Source: a virus (Duplodnaviria > Caudoviricetes). Taken from it: a DNA stretch of 61,108 bases. This document shows positions 46,837 to 56,388 of the stretch, piece after piece (position 1 is the stretch's first letter; the number at the start of each line of letters is the position of its first letter). The stretch covers positions 1-61,108 of IMG/VR virus record IMGVR_UViG_3300007512_000037; one strand, 5' to 3'. The position numbers were made by a program, and so were the translations under genes. The notes beneath the pieces were generated by a model. It had not been told where the DNA came from, ran no database searches, and worked only from the letters and a program-made list of their open reading frames with translations.

Positions 46837-47332
46837 AAGACCTGAGATTTTTGATAAATTAGCAGGCGCTATGATGAAGAAGTATTTTGCGGAATTTCCA
46901 GGGATTGCGGATTGGATTAAGCATACGCAAAGACAGGCTACCCAGGATCAAGTAACGGTTTCTATTTGGGGTAGGCGGGAAGATTTACCAGATATAACTT
47001 CTAAACATAGGATGAAGAAAGAGGAGGCCCTTAGGCAGGCTATTAATATGCCTATTCAGTCTGCTGCTAGTGATATCACTTTAGCAGCAGTATTTAAGGT
47101 GCATGAGTGGATTAATACTGACCCGAAATGTGAAGAAGCGGGATTGGTGATGGTGAATTCGGTTCATGATTCTATCGTATTTGAGTGTAAGGAGAACTAT
47201 GTAGAATGGGCATGTAAGAAAATTAAGTTAATCATGGAGGACAAGACAGGATTAGATTGGTTACTGTGTGTTCCTTCTGTAGATTTTGAAGTTGGAGATA
47301 ATTACGGGGAGCTGGAAGCTCTCGATATTTAA
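46817..47332 (+). CDS. polA: family A DNA polymerase, C-terminal fragment (motif C)
   Basis: YFAEFPGI, WGRR, RQAINMPIQSAASD, VHDSIVFE; GGGGG SD-like run 6 nt before ATG, in-frame TGA immediately upstream. Confidence 0.95.
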   Translation: MARLDIERPEIFDKLAGAMMKKYFAEFPGIADWIKHTQRQATQDQVTVSIWGRREDLPDITSKHRMKKEEALRQAINMPIQSAASDITLAAVFKVHEWINTDPKCEEAGLVMVNSVHDSIVFECKENYVEWACKKIKLIMEDKTGLDWLLCVPSVDFEVGDNYGELEALDI

Positions 47333-47343
47333 GGAGAAATATT

Positions 47344-48153
47344 ATGGCTTTAAATAGAGCTAATTTTAAGGGTAGAAAAAAGCTGAGCGATAAGTACCAA
47401 AAGAGTAAAGGGTATGGCCTGGAGTTTAGACCAGAAAAGGACGTTGAATATCAGATAGCTATTATTCCTTTGATGGATATGGAAGGTAATACTTTCCCTA
47501 ATCCAGATGCCGATTTGGTGGATACTGTTAGAGTTCATCAACAAGTAGGAAAAGATAAAAAGCAATCTGTTCTATGTGCTTCTTCTTTTGGCGCTAGGTG
47601 TCAGGTTTGTGAAATTGCTAAAGGGAGGATAACTACCAGGGCTGTTCATACAGTAGTTCTGCTTAAGGAGAGGAAAACTGAGGCAGGTAGTAAGTTTATT
47701 CCAGTTAGTTTACCTATGTCTTTTAATTGCCCTCTTCAAGAACTTGGGGATGGTTACATTGACTGTATTATGAATGAGGATTTTCCTGCTAATGATGATA
47801 TCCGTAAACTTGCGATATTTAAGTATTTTGTGACCGGGGAAAAGATTGATACAGAACATAAACTTACAATCCGCCCCTCCGGTTTTATTTTTGATGTTGC
47901 TACTCTTAGGCGGATAAGGAAGGATGATAATGGGAAAGTAGTCTATGATCCACAAGCCGATAAGGATGAGCTAGTTTTTAAAACTAAGACCGAGCTAATG
48001 ACTGAGCTTTCGTTGCCAGCAGTAGAGAGATTAAGTTGTCCGTATGAAAATCAGCAACTCGCAGCCGCTCGCGGGTTTGATGCTTATGAGAAGAAAGACA
48101 AGCTAGAAAGAATTCTTAGGAAGAATGAAATTATAGGAGGAGAAAATGAGTAA
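47344..48153 (+). CDS. putative single-stranded DNA-binding protein (gp32-like)
   Basis: YQIAIIP, H...C......CxxC zinc pattern, position after polymerase. Confidence 0.65.
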   Translation: MALNRANFKGRKKLSDKYQKSKGYGLEFRPEKDVEYQIAIIPLMDMEGNTFPNPDADLVDTVRVHQQVGKDKKQSVLCASSFGARCQVCEIAKGRITTRAVHTVVLLKERKTEAGSKFIPVSLPMSFNCPLQELGDGYIDCIMNEDFPANDDIRKLAIFKYFVTGEKIDTEHKLTIRPSGFIFDVATLRRIRKDDNGKVVYDPQADKDELVFKTKTELMTELSLPAVERLSCPYENQQLAAARGFDAYEKKDKLERILRKNEIIGGENE

Positions 48154-48436
48154 AGTAAAAAGTTTAAGTTTTGCGCTAGGTATGACTATAGCATTGCCTA
48201 ACTATGAGAATATCAAATTGGATGTTAGCGTGGATATTGATACAGACGTAACAAGCAAGGAAGATATTACAAAAGCATGTAACAAAGCTAAGAAGATTTT
48301 GTTCGCTCAGTTAGAAGAATGCTCAGACAAAAAATTTACAGCTAAGGTTAACGGGCTTAAGCACGAAGCCAGAGAGCTATGGGTTGATACTATGAAGGAA
48401 CAAACCCAGAAGCACCTTAAGCGTTTAGGTAAATGA
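48146..48436 (+). CDS. hypothetical protein
   Basis: AGGAGG SD; TIALPNYENIKLDV motif common in small phage replication-region proteins. Confidence 0.75.
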   Translation: MSKVKSLSFALGMTIALPNYENIKLDVSVDIDTDVTSKEDITKACNKAKKILFAQLEECSDKKFTAKVNGLKHEARELWVDTMKEQTQKHLKRLGK

Positions 48437-49479
48437 AGCCCTATTCTACAAAAGTAAAGGGCGAGGAATATGCAGGCGGAAAAGTTTGCAAAAATACTCG
48501 CCCTACGCTTGCTTTAATCGACGGTAATAATTGGTGTATACGTGCTTATTTTACCAGCCAGAAACCCGATGAAGGAGATATAGACTTACGCACACAGGCT
48601 TTTGTAATGATTAGTAAATTTCTAAGCACCTACGAGGTTGATGCTTTGGTATTCACCTTTGACGGGGGCCGGGAATGGAGAACGAAACTTATAGAAACTG
48701 GAGATTGGCGTACTAAGTCTGGGAAGAAAGGCTATAAAGGCACTAGAACCTTCCACGATGATAGGGAGTATGCGGTTATAAAGGCAAGCATAAAACAGTT
48801 TGCTCATGATCTCCCTATAAGATTAGGTATACCAGTATTGATGCTAGATACGGTAGAGGCTGATGATGTTATTTTCACGGCTACTAAAATGCTACGAGGC
48901 GTTAATAAGCTGGTTGTATCTACAGATGAGGATTTGGTATTAGCCTGTTTAAACCCTAATACCTACTGGTATTCCCCTTTAAAGGGGATTGTAGTAAGTA
49001 AGCACACATATCCTGATTATAACTACGGTATGCCTTTAAAAGCTTACTCTACCTTAAAGGCTATAGTAGGAGATACTTCGGATAACATAGAGGGGGTTGC
49101 AGGCATTGGAGAACAGACCCTATTTACTTGGGCTAAAAAATCTGGGGTATACCCTTGGAAGTTTTTTGATTGGGTAGATAGGTTTGGGACAATTAACCAA
49201 AAGAAGAAGTATTTGATCGACCCAGGATTTAGAAAGAATTTTCAATTAGCTTTAAAGGCTATTGATTTGAGATTGTATGAAGGTCAAAATTACTCAGAGT
49301 TGGGCTTGCTTAGTGATTTATTAGCTATTAAGCCTTTGGATAGGGTAGAGGTTAAAAAGTTTTGTAAGGAAATTAATTTGGACGTAAAAATACTATCGCA
49401 GATGCACAGACTTATATCTTCGATAGAAAGTAATCAAAGAGGGTTACAAAGGATGGGTAGGATATGGAAAAATCTGTAA
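48433..49479 (+). CDS. 5'-3' exonuclease / flap endonuclease
   Basis: LIDGNN, TFDG, YKGTR, EADD, STDED, GDTSDNIEGVAGIGE. Confidence 0.93.
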   Translation: MKPYSTKVKGEEYAGGKVCKNTRPTLALIDGNNWCIRAYFTSQKPDEGDIDLRTQAFVMISKFLSTYEVDALVFTFDGGREWRTKLIETGDWRTKSGKKGYKGTRTFHDDREYAVIKASIKQFAHDLPIRLGIPVLMLDTVEADDVIFTATKMLRGVNKLVVSTDEDLVLACLNPNTYWYSPLKGIVVSKHTYPDYNYGMPLKAYSTLKAIVGDTSDNIEGVAGIGEQTLFTWAKKSGVYPWKFFDWVDRFGTINQKKKYLIDPGFRKNFQLALKAIDLRLYEGQNYSELGLLSDLLAIKPLDRVEVKKFCKEINLDVKILSQMHRLISSIESNQRGLQRMGRIWKNL

Positions 49480-50813
49480 TTTTTAGGTTATATGCTTTAT
49501 TTAATAGCATTAAGCAAGAATCATCAAGAAATGCTAAGGCGGATATCTTTGAGGCTTTTATGGCTTTAGAGATAGACAAAGGAACATGGGCTGGAGATTT
49601 ACAGTGGCTTTATATGATGTTTTGCGGTGAGTCCACTTTTGGAGTGAGTAAACTGCCAGATTATGAAACTATACCCTTTACAGATGGGGTGTTTAAAGAT
49701 GAGGAAATGTGGAATTTATTGCGTAAGCTAGAAGAAAGGAGATTGACAGGGGATAATGCTAAGAACGCTATTATAGAGTTACTTACTGGCTCAGATTGTC
49801 GGTCCTACGATGTTTTGCATTGGATTGTGAATAAAGACCCGAAAGCAGGGTTTTCTATCAAGTCTATAAATAAGCAGTTAGCTGAGCCTATTCCTACTTT
49901 TGAAAACCACAAAGCTGAGAAAGTCTTCGATATAGGGGAAGACGGGAAGACGGTTATTTTGTGGGATAAGTTACCGGACTTACCCAACTACCTAGTAACT
50001 GTAAAGTATGATGGCAGGAGAACTTATATTGTTATTCCTAAGGAAGGTGCTGAGTTTGCGTATGCCTTGTCTTCTAAGGGGTTTGAAGTACCCGCTGTAA
50101 AGAATTTATGTGTGAAAATAGCAGAACATTTAGATCGTCCTGGCATAGTGTTAGATGGGGAATTCTTTTATAAGGATTTAAACGAGACACAAAGCATTAT
50201 GAGCAAGGATGAGGACCAAGGCACTGAGACAGGGCTTAAGTTCTACTGTATAGGTGCTTTATCTATGAGTGAATGGAAAACAAGTGCCAGGACTTCCTTG
50301 AAAGTGCAGTTAGGAACTATGAGGAATAGAGCAAAGAAGCTGATAGGAGATTCTACTAAGTACCTAACTATGACTAGTGGCAGAATGGTGGCCGGTAAAG
50401 ACAAAACAAAAATTCAGCATTTAATGGACTTGGCTGTGCGTAAGGGGTTCGAGGGGCTAGTAATTCTAAACCCGGAAGAGGTTTACAGCAGATTTAAAGA
50501 AAACCGTAAGGGTATGTGGAAGGCGAAGTATGTAGATGAGTATGATGCTACGATTGTGGATTTTGAAGAAGGTACCGGTAAGCTGAAAGGTAGACTAGGG
50601 GCTTTTATTGTTGAGTTTAACGGTGTTAGGTCTAATGTGGGGGGATCGTTAAAGATAAACAAAGTATCTACACTAGGCGAAGCCGAGCGATTACAGTTTT
50701 GGACACAAAAAACTGAGCTAGTAGATAAAGTTATCCGTGTTCGTTCCTACGGAATAACGGCTGATGGCTGTTTTAGGCACGCCGGTTTTGTCGGTTTTCA
50801 TGAAGGGAAATAA
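49464..50813 (+). CDS. lig: ATP-dependent DNA ligase
   Basis: KYDG, LDGE, EGLVI, WKAK, EGTGK and FRH motifs. Confidence 0.95.
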   Translation: MEKSVIFRLYALFNSIKQESSRNAKADIFEAFMALEIDKGTWAGDLQWLYMMFCGESTFGVSKLPDYETIPFTDGVFKDEEMWNLLRKLEERRLTGDNAKNAIIELLTGSDCRSYDVLHWIVNKDPKAGFSIKSINKQLAEPIPTFENHKAEKVFDIGEDGKTVILWDKLPDLPNYLVTVKYDGRRTYIVIPKEGAEFAYALSSKGFEVPAVKNLCVKIAEHLDRPGIVLDGEFFYKDLNETQSIMSKDEDQGTETGLKFYCIGALSMSEWKTSARTSLKVQLGTMRNRAKKLIGDSTKYLTMTSGRMVAGKDKTKIQHLMDLAVRKGFEGLVILNPEEVYSRFKENRKGMWKAKYVDEYDATIVDFEEGTGKLKGRLGAFIVEFNGVRSNVGGSLKINKVSTLGEAERLQFWTQKTELVDKVIRVRSYGITADGCFRHAGFVGFHEGK

Positions 50814-50815
50814 CA

Positions 50816-51391
50816 ATGAGTAGAAAAGTAAATTTCTCAGATGTAGGTTCTGAGTTCACGCATAAAGCGGCAATGTTTGATAATTCCTTGCCTTTAACAG
50901 AGTGGGTAAACGCACTACTAAAGTACGGCGTAGTCCCTGGGCCAACGACGGACTTAATATGTACTTTACCTTATTTGTCTGGGCTAACTTCCTTGGCAGC
51001 CACAAACAAGGATACAGTAGGGGAAAGTAAGATTTTGTTATCTATGTCTCACTTGCTGTTCCCAGGGTATAAGCCTATAGCTTGTATGTACAAAGGGAAT
51101 ATCTCTGATAACGTAGGGGTATGGAAAGTAAAACACCACGAACCTATAGGGCCAGCCTTTAATGAGTTGGCAGAGTTTAGGAGAGAAAGCGCTAATAAAA
51201 ATCTTGATATTATTCTGCTAGACAGTATTAAATTTTGTACGTTTTCCCTGTTCAAAGTATTTGATGATACTGAGGATACAAAAGGGCTAATGAATATAAT
51301 TCATAAGGGTTTTGAGTTTAATACGGCCAGGTTTAGTTACTATATAGAGGAAGAGGCTTTTAGCCCATCTATGTTAGGTGAGGGGTGTTAG
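50816..51391 (+). CDS. hypothetical protein
   Basis: 191-aa ORF in operon. Confidence 0.7.
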   Translation: MSRKVNFSDVGSEFTHKAAMFDNSLPLTEWVNALLKYGVVPGPTTDLICTLPYLSGLTSLAATNKDTVGESKILLSMSHLLFPGYKPIACMYKGNISDNVGVWKVKHHEPIGPAFNELAEFRRESANKNLDIILLDSIKFCTFSLFKVFDDTEDTKGLMNIIHKGFEFNTARFSYYIEEEAFSPSMLGEGC

Positions 51392-52383
51392 TTATGTCTT
51401 GCTTAGTAGTAGGAGATTTACACTTAGATACTTACCCTAGTTTTGGAGTTAACTGTGACGGGTTCCCTAAGCGTTTGGATGATATGTCAAAAGCGCTGAA
51501 CTTTTACCTTGAGCAAGCCCGTGAAGACGGGCATAGCTATATAGTCTTCACAGGGGATATTTTTGATAGTAGATTTAGCATTCATGCCCTGGCTTTAGTA
51601 GTTTGGGGTAATTTTTTAGATTGTGCCGCTATTGATGGTATTAAGATCATAGTGTGTGAAGGTAATCATGATCAGTTTGATGATTTCATAAGCTCACTAC
51701 AGGCTTTTAAGTCTAATATTGTTTTGGTTTCTAGCGTTGAGTGCCTAGAGTTGGCAGACGGTACGATATTGGGCGTGATCCCTTATTCTAAAAGCACAGA
51801 AACTCTTATAGAAAATATACAAACTGTTAAAGACTGCGACTTAGTAGTAGGGCATTTTGGCATGGGGGATGTAGAGCTACAGAAAGGGTTTTGCGAAAAG
51901 GATAAGCCTATAGCAGAAGATTTATCGGAAGTTAAGGGTCATGTAATTTTAGGACATTACCACAATTACCACGAAGTAACAGACAGGATCAGGTTTATTG
52001 GTACTCCTTTGGGTATAACATTTGCGGAAGCTAATCAGAAAAAGTACATAGCTGCCTTTGATTTGGCTTCTGGGGTAGAGCTTATAAGCACAGACCACTT
52101 TCCGCAGCTTAGAGAGCTAGGCCCGGAACAAGCTAAGACTATAGGTAAGATGAATGATAATCATTATTACAAAGTTTGGCATACTTCCGACACTAAACCT
52201 CCAAAGAATAAAAAAATAGTACGTACTGTAATGGTGAAAGCAAACGTCGCAAAGAGAATTCAAAACATAGGAAAGAAAACAAAAACGCAGCTAGTAGGAG
52301 AATTCATTAGTAATAAAGAGGATTTACCTTTTAAGAATACCTTATTCAATATGTGTAAAGCTATAGTCACAGAAGCTGCTTAA
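51385..52383 (+). CDS. sbcD: SbcD/Mre11-like nuclease
   Basis: GDLH, GDIFD, GNHD, GHYH; next to SbcC-like gene. Confidence 0.92.
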   Translation: MLVMSCLVVGDLHLDTYPSFGVNCDGFPKRLDDMSKALNFYLEQAREDGHSYIVFTGDIFDSRFSIHALALVVWGNFLDCAAIDGIKIIVCEGNHDQFDDFISSLQAFKSNIVLVSSVECLELADGTILGVIPYSKSTETLIENIQTVKDCDLVVGHFGMGDVELQKGFCEKDKPIAEDLSEVKGHVILGHYHNYHEVTDRIRFIGTPLGITFAEANQKKYIAAFDLASGVELISTDHFPQLRELGPEQAKTIGKMNDNHYYKVWHTSDTKPPKNKKIVRTVMVKANVAKRIQNIGKKTKTQLVGEFISNKEDLPFKNTLFNMCKAIVTEAA

Positions 52384-52404
52384 AACGGCTTTTTAGGAGA
52401 AAAA

Positions 52405-54222
52405 ATGATATTAAATATAAGTCATATCTATGCCAAAAATTTTCTTAGTTATGATGAGCTTTCCTATGATTTTCAGGAAGGGACTACGATCATACTAGGG
52501 GAAAATCGGGATGAAATGAAGTCTAACGGAGCGGGTAAAACAGCAATATTTGAAGCTGTATACTATGGATTATATGGTGCGCTGATGTTTACCAAGGATC
52601 GTCCTACCAAGACCGGAAAAAAGCAGATGGAGCTTAGGTTAAAGCTGTCTGCTGATGACCAAGAAGTAGAGGTAAGGAGATTTATTAACGGGGCGGCAAG
52701 CCCTAGTCTTCAAGTTTATATAGACTGTAAAGACGCTAGCCGGGGAACTACTACGTTATCTCAGGAGCTTCTACAGGATATTATTAAAGTATCCCCTACT
52801 GTGTTTCTTAATACGGTTATTTTTGGGGGTAAAGCTTCTTCTTTCGCTTATGGGACTGATGCTACACAAAAGCCTATATTAAACAAGATTCTTGGGCTGG
52901 ATGACTGGGAAATTTACCAAGATAAAGCTAAAAAAATAAGAACAAACCACCTGTATAAAAGACAGGAGCTTATAGGGCAAAGAGGCAGCGCAGAGCAGAG
53001 AATTAAACTTTTAGAGGGGGATATAGAAAACTATAAAGAGGACTATGTAAAAGCTGTCGGGGATGTGCCGGTTGATAAATTTGATGAGCGGTTCACGTCC
53101 TTAAAAGAAGAGTACGACCGTGAACGTAAAAGACTGGTAAAAATGGAAGCAAAAGTATCCGAGGAGTCTGTTAGAAACGAGGTAGCAGAAACTAACAAAA
53201 CTACACTAAGCCACTTCAAAGGAGTCCTTAAAGAAGAGCTGTCTCGATGTGAGTTGCTGTCTAAAGAAATCCACGAACTGAATAAAGGCAAGGCCAAGGC
53301 TCAGAGCGGGGTATGCCCTACGTGTGGGCAGACAGTAAAGGATTCCGGCAAGATGGATTCTTACTTGAAAAAATTAGCAGCCAAGGTAGACATATTCCAG
53401 AAAACAGAGAAAAGGAAAGATGAAAGCAGCAGAAAAGTAGCCGACCTGGAAAGTAGTTTAGATGGTTATGACTTTGGGAAGTTTATTAGTATGCAGGCAG
53501 CATTAGATAAGCAAAGAAAAAGAGTATCCATATTATCTAATACAGTAAATGATAGGATCGCAGCCAAGGCAGAACATGATATTAAAGTTGCGGAAGCTAA
53601 TCAAAGAGTGAAAGAAATAAATAGAGCCATAGATAAGGCACGTAAAGATAAAAAAGCAGAAGAGTTATCTATACAAGAGATTGGCCGTAAAATGTCTTAT
53701 CAAGACAAGATGCTTACTTGCTGTGATAACGCAATAGAAATGTTTAGTAGGCAGGGCATACAGTCTCAGCTAATCGGAGATTTTGAGGAAGTTTTAAATC
53801 TTGGGATTGGAAAGTATTTTTCTGCTTTTAATTTCAAAAGTGTAAAACTGTCATTAAGCACACAGAAGAAAAATAGAAATGGGGAATTCAGAGATAAGAT
53901 TGATTTGAAATTAGTGAATAAAGACGGTAAGAAGAGGTCTTTTAGCTCTTTCTCCCCTGGTGAGTGTAAAAGGATAGAGCTGGCTATATTCCTTGCTTTA
54001 AGAGAGGCGGGTGAGGCGGAGGTAGAAATAAACCTAATGCTTATAGATGAGGCCTTGGATAAAGGGGATGAGGACTTACTTTTTAGTCTTATGGAGATTA
54101 TTGATGATCATTTCCCCTATAAATGGAAGTATTTAACATCCCCTAGACTGGTTCAGGGTATGGTATTTAGTAGATCAATAACAGCCGTAAAAAGTAAAGG
54201 GATTTCTAGGTTAGTAGAATGA
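52405..54222 (+). CDS. sbcC: SbcC/Rad50-like ATPase
   Basis: KNFLSY, SNGAGKT, CPTCGQ zinc hook, FSPGE signature, LIDE. Confidence 0.95.
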   Translation: MILNISHIYAKNFLSYDELSYDFQEGTTIILGENRDEMKSNGAGKTAIFEAVYYGLYGALMFTKDRPTKTGKKQMELRLKLSADDQEVEVRRFINGAASPSLQVYIDCKDASRGTTTLSQELLQDIIKVSPTVFLNTVIFGGKASSFAYGTDATQKPILNKILGLDDWEIYQDKAKKIRTNHLYKRQELIGQRGSAEQRIKLLEGDIENYKEDYVKAVGDVPVDKFDERFTSLKEEYDRERKRLVKMEAKVSEESVRNEVAETNKTTLSHFKGVLKEELSRCELLSKEIHELNKGKAKAQSGVCPTCGQTVKDSGKMDSYLKKLAAKVDIFQKTEKRKDESSRKVADLESSLDGYDFGKFISMQAALDKQRKRVSILSNTVNDRIAAKAEHDIKVAEANQRVKEINRAIDKARKDKKAEELSIQEIGRKMSYQDKMLTCCDNAIEMFSRQGIQSQLIGDFEEVLNLGIGKYFSAFNFKSVKLSLSTQKKNRNGEFRDKIDLKLVNKDGKKRSFSSFSPGECKRIELAIFLALREAGEAEVEINLMLIDEALDKGDEDLLFSLMEIIDDHFPYKWKYLTSPRLVQGMVFSRSITAVKSKGISRLVE

Positions 54223-54464
54223 AAATACATAAATCATGCAAGCGCTCTTTATTTAAAATTTTCTCTGCTTTTGATTTTGTGGGCGAAGGTTTAACAAGAA
54301 GGGAAATAGTGCAAAGAGCGGGGGTGGCTACTACTACCTTTTCAAAAAATGTATTTAAGCTTTCTATGCTCGGTATTATAGAAAGCTCCGGCGCAAGGCC
54401 TGTGGTTTACAGAACGATAGCAAATGAGGATTATTTTAGAAAGGTGGTTAAATTTTATGAGTAA
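54219..54464 (+). CDS. winged-helix DNA-binding protein
   Basis: LTRREIVQRAGVATTTFSKNVFKL...GII...VY pattern. Confidence 0.75.
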   Translation: MKIHKSCKRSLFKIFSAFDFVGEGLTRREIVQRAGVATTTFSKNVFKLSMLGIIESSGARPVVYRTIANEDYFRKVVKFYE

Positions 54465-54627
54465 GGTAAAGATATGCAGAAGGCAAAACCAAAGAAGAGA
54501 AGTAGATAGAGCTTCTACTATGATAGAGCCTGGAAAATTATTCAATGCCGGGGAAGTTACTTTCATTGCTTTATTATGTTTCGGTATTGGCATATTCTTA
54601 GGATATTGCAGGAGTTTTTATTTCTAA
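54457..54627 (+). CDS. small membrane protein
   Basis: AAGGTGG SD before ATG 54457; hydrophobic FIALLCFGIGIFLGY. Confidence 0.55.
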   Translation: MSKVKICRRQNQRREVDRASTMIEPGKLFNAGEVTFIALLCFGIGIFLGYCRSFYF

Positions 54628-55070
54628 TGACTAAAAATACTTATTTAATTTTCGTGAAATCCAAGTCTATAAAAGGCTGGCTTATTAGGTTAGTAACAGG
54701 AGAGGATATAGACCATGTAGCTATATATAGCCCTAGAACTAAGACAGTTTACGAAATGGTAGATGGGGGTTTAGAGGGGGTTTTGATGGTTGGTTATAGG
54801 CCAACTATTATCGGGCAGGTTGAGCTATTGTGCTGGGACGTAGTTAGTGATTGGTTAGTGACAAATAGCAAAGTCAAGTATGACTGGGGGCGCACTATTC
54901 TCTGGCCCTTCCGTAAGCTATTTACAGCAGATGACCCTTTTAAGCTTAATTGTGTAGAAATGGGGGAAAGCTTGCCCAAGGCGCACAGGTATGAGCCAGA
55001 GACAGAGCAAAACAGAAGCCCAGGGAAACTATATAAAAGTTTAACTAATGGGCATTGGAAGATTACATGA
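54627..55070 (+). CDS. permuted papain-like (NlpC/P60) enzyme
   Basis: IRLVTG..DHVAI precedes KYDW...LNCVE (His before Cys); start at TAATG coupling. Confidence 0.75.
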   Translation: MTKNTYLIFVKSKSIKGWLIRLVTGEDIDHVAIYSPRTKTVYEMVDGGLEGVLMVGYRPTIIGQVELLCWDVVSDWLVTNSKVKYDWGRTILWPFRKLFTADDPFKLNCVEMGESLPKAHRYEPETEQNRSPGKLYKSLTNGHWKIT

Positions 55071-55276
55071 GAAAAGATAAAAAACCTGCTAAAGACAAGG
55101 TTATAAAGCATTTAAGCTTAGTTAATCCTTTGAATACGAGCCAGCTTATGAGGCTTACTGGGTTAAGTAAGCCATCGGTAAATCAAGCCATAAGAGAGCT
55201 AGAAAAAGAAAGCAGGATAAGAATATCAGAAGCGCTTAGGAATAGAGTTTACACTTTAAAGGAGGAGAATGCATGA
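55055..55276 (+). CDS. winged-helix DNA-binding protein
   Basis: TSQLMRLTGLSKPSVNQAIRELEKESRI. Confidence 0.8.
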   Translation: MEDYMRKDKKPAKDKVIKHLSLVNPLNTSQLMRLTGLSKPSVNQAIRELEKESRIRISEALRNRVYTLKEENA

Positions 55277-56163
55277 GATTAAGAAGTCCTATACTCTGGT
55301 TTGGAGGCAAGGGTAATTTCAGAAAAAAAACTTACCCCTACTTGCCCAAAACAAAGTCGTATGTAGAACCGTTCGGAGGGGGTGCTTCTGTTTTGATGGG
55401 CAGAGAGCCGTCAGAAATCGAAACTTATAATGACCTGGACGGGGCCGTGTATGACCTTTTTACGGTCTTGGCAGACCCAGAACTTTTTGAACAATTTTAT
55501 CGCAGGGTTAGTGCGCTCCCGTATTCCAGGCGACTCTTTCTCGAATGTAGAGAGGGCTGGCAGGCCGAGCCAGACAGAATCAAGCGCGTTTCGATGTGGT
55601 ATGTGGTGGCTCGACAGGCGTTTAGTGGGGACCTTGGGTCTGGTTGGGGCTTTGTCTGTACTTCCTCAAGGCGTGGCATGGCCGCCCACGTCAGCAAATG
55701 GCTTACGGCGATTGACAACCTTCCTGAAATCCACAAAAGGCTCTCAAGGGTGCAGATAGAAAACTCAGATTTCAGAAACATTTTTCAGAATTATGATACT
55801 CAGGACACGCTTTTTTATTGTGATCCCCCTTACGTACTGGGAACTAGAAAAAAGGGGGGATACTCATGCGAAATGAGCGACCAAGACCACGCTGATTTAG
55901 TTGACTGTCTGCTCGGCTTGTCTGGGATGGCTGTACTGAGCGGATACAACAGCGGAGTGTACGACGCACTAGAGCAAAACGGATGGATAAGAAAAGATTT
56001 TGAAACCGCTTGCTACGCCGCAGGTCGAACAAAAGCATCGGGCCTTCAAGGTAGGGGCGCGGCACTGGAAAAACAAGCAAGGGTCGAAAGTCTTTGGATA
56101 TGCCCGAAAACTCAAAAACGGCTACAGATGCCCATGCAGATGCCGCTGTTCAAGGTTGGGTAG
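55273..56163 (+). CDS. DNA adenine methyltransferase (Dam/D12 class)
   Basis: WFGGK, YVEPFGGGASV, YNDLD, YCDPPY. Confidence 0.95.
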   Translation: MRLRSPILWFGGKGNFRKKTYPYLPKTKSYVEPFGGGASVLMGREPSEIETYNDLDGAVYDLFTVLADPELFEQFYRRVSALPYSRRLFLECREGWQAEPDRIKRVSMWYVVARQAFSGDLGSGWGFVCTSSRRGMAAHVSKWLTAIDNLPEIHKRLSRVQIENSDFRNIFQNYDTQDTLFYCDPPYVLGTRKKGGYSCEMSDQDHADLVDCLLGLSGMAVLSGYNSGVYDALEQNGWIRKDFETACYAAGRTKASGLQGRGAALEKQARVESLWICPKTQKRLQMPMQMPLFKVG

Positions 56164-56214
56164 CCGGTATGTTTTTTAACTTAGGGGGATCGCGTAATTG
56201 GAAAGGAATTAAAA

Positions 56215-56388
56215 ATGGAACTAAAAGCTATAGAACTAACTAAAAAACGCAAGCTTGAAATCCTCCGATCATCGAGAGACAGACTAGACGCGGCCATGTC
56301 TCGTCACCTGGAGGCCGCAAGGTCTTGTGAGCGGGAGTCGAATAGGCTTGAGCGTGAGATTTTGGAGATTGAGAGGGGGCTGGTATGA
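56215..56388 (+). CDS. small coiled-coil protein (57 aa, not in ORF track)
   Basis: AAGGA SD; MELKAIELTKKRKLE...IERGLV; ATGA overlap with next gene. Confidence 0.65.
   Translation: MELKAIELTKKRKLEILRSSRDRLDAAMSRHLEAARSCERESNRLEREILEIERGLV

Noticed and set aside
46300-46900. Split intein joining the PolA halves
   Set aside because: No Cys/Ser-initiated intein N block after motif B and no His-Asn-(Cys/Ser/Thr) junction before the resumed polymerase sequence.
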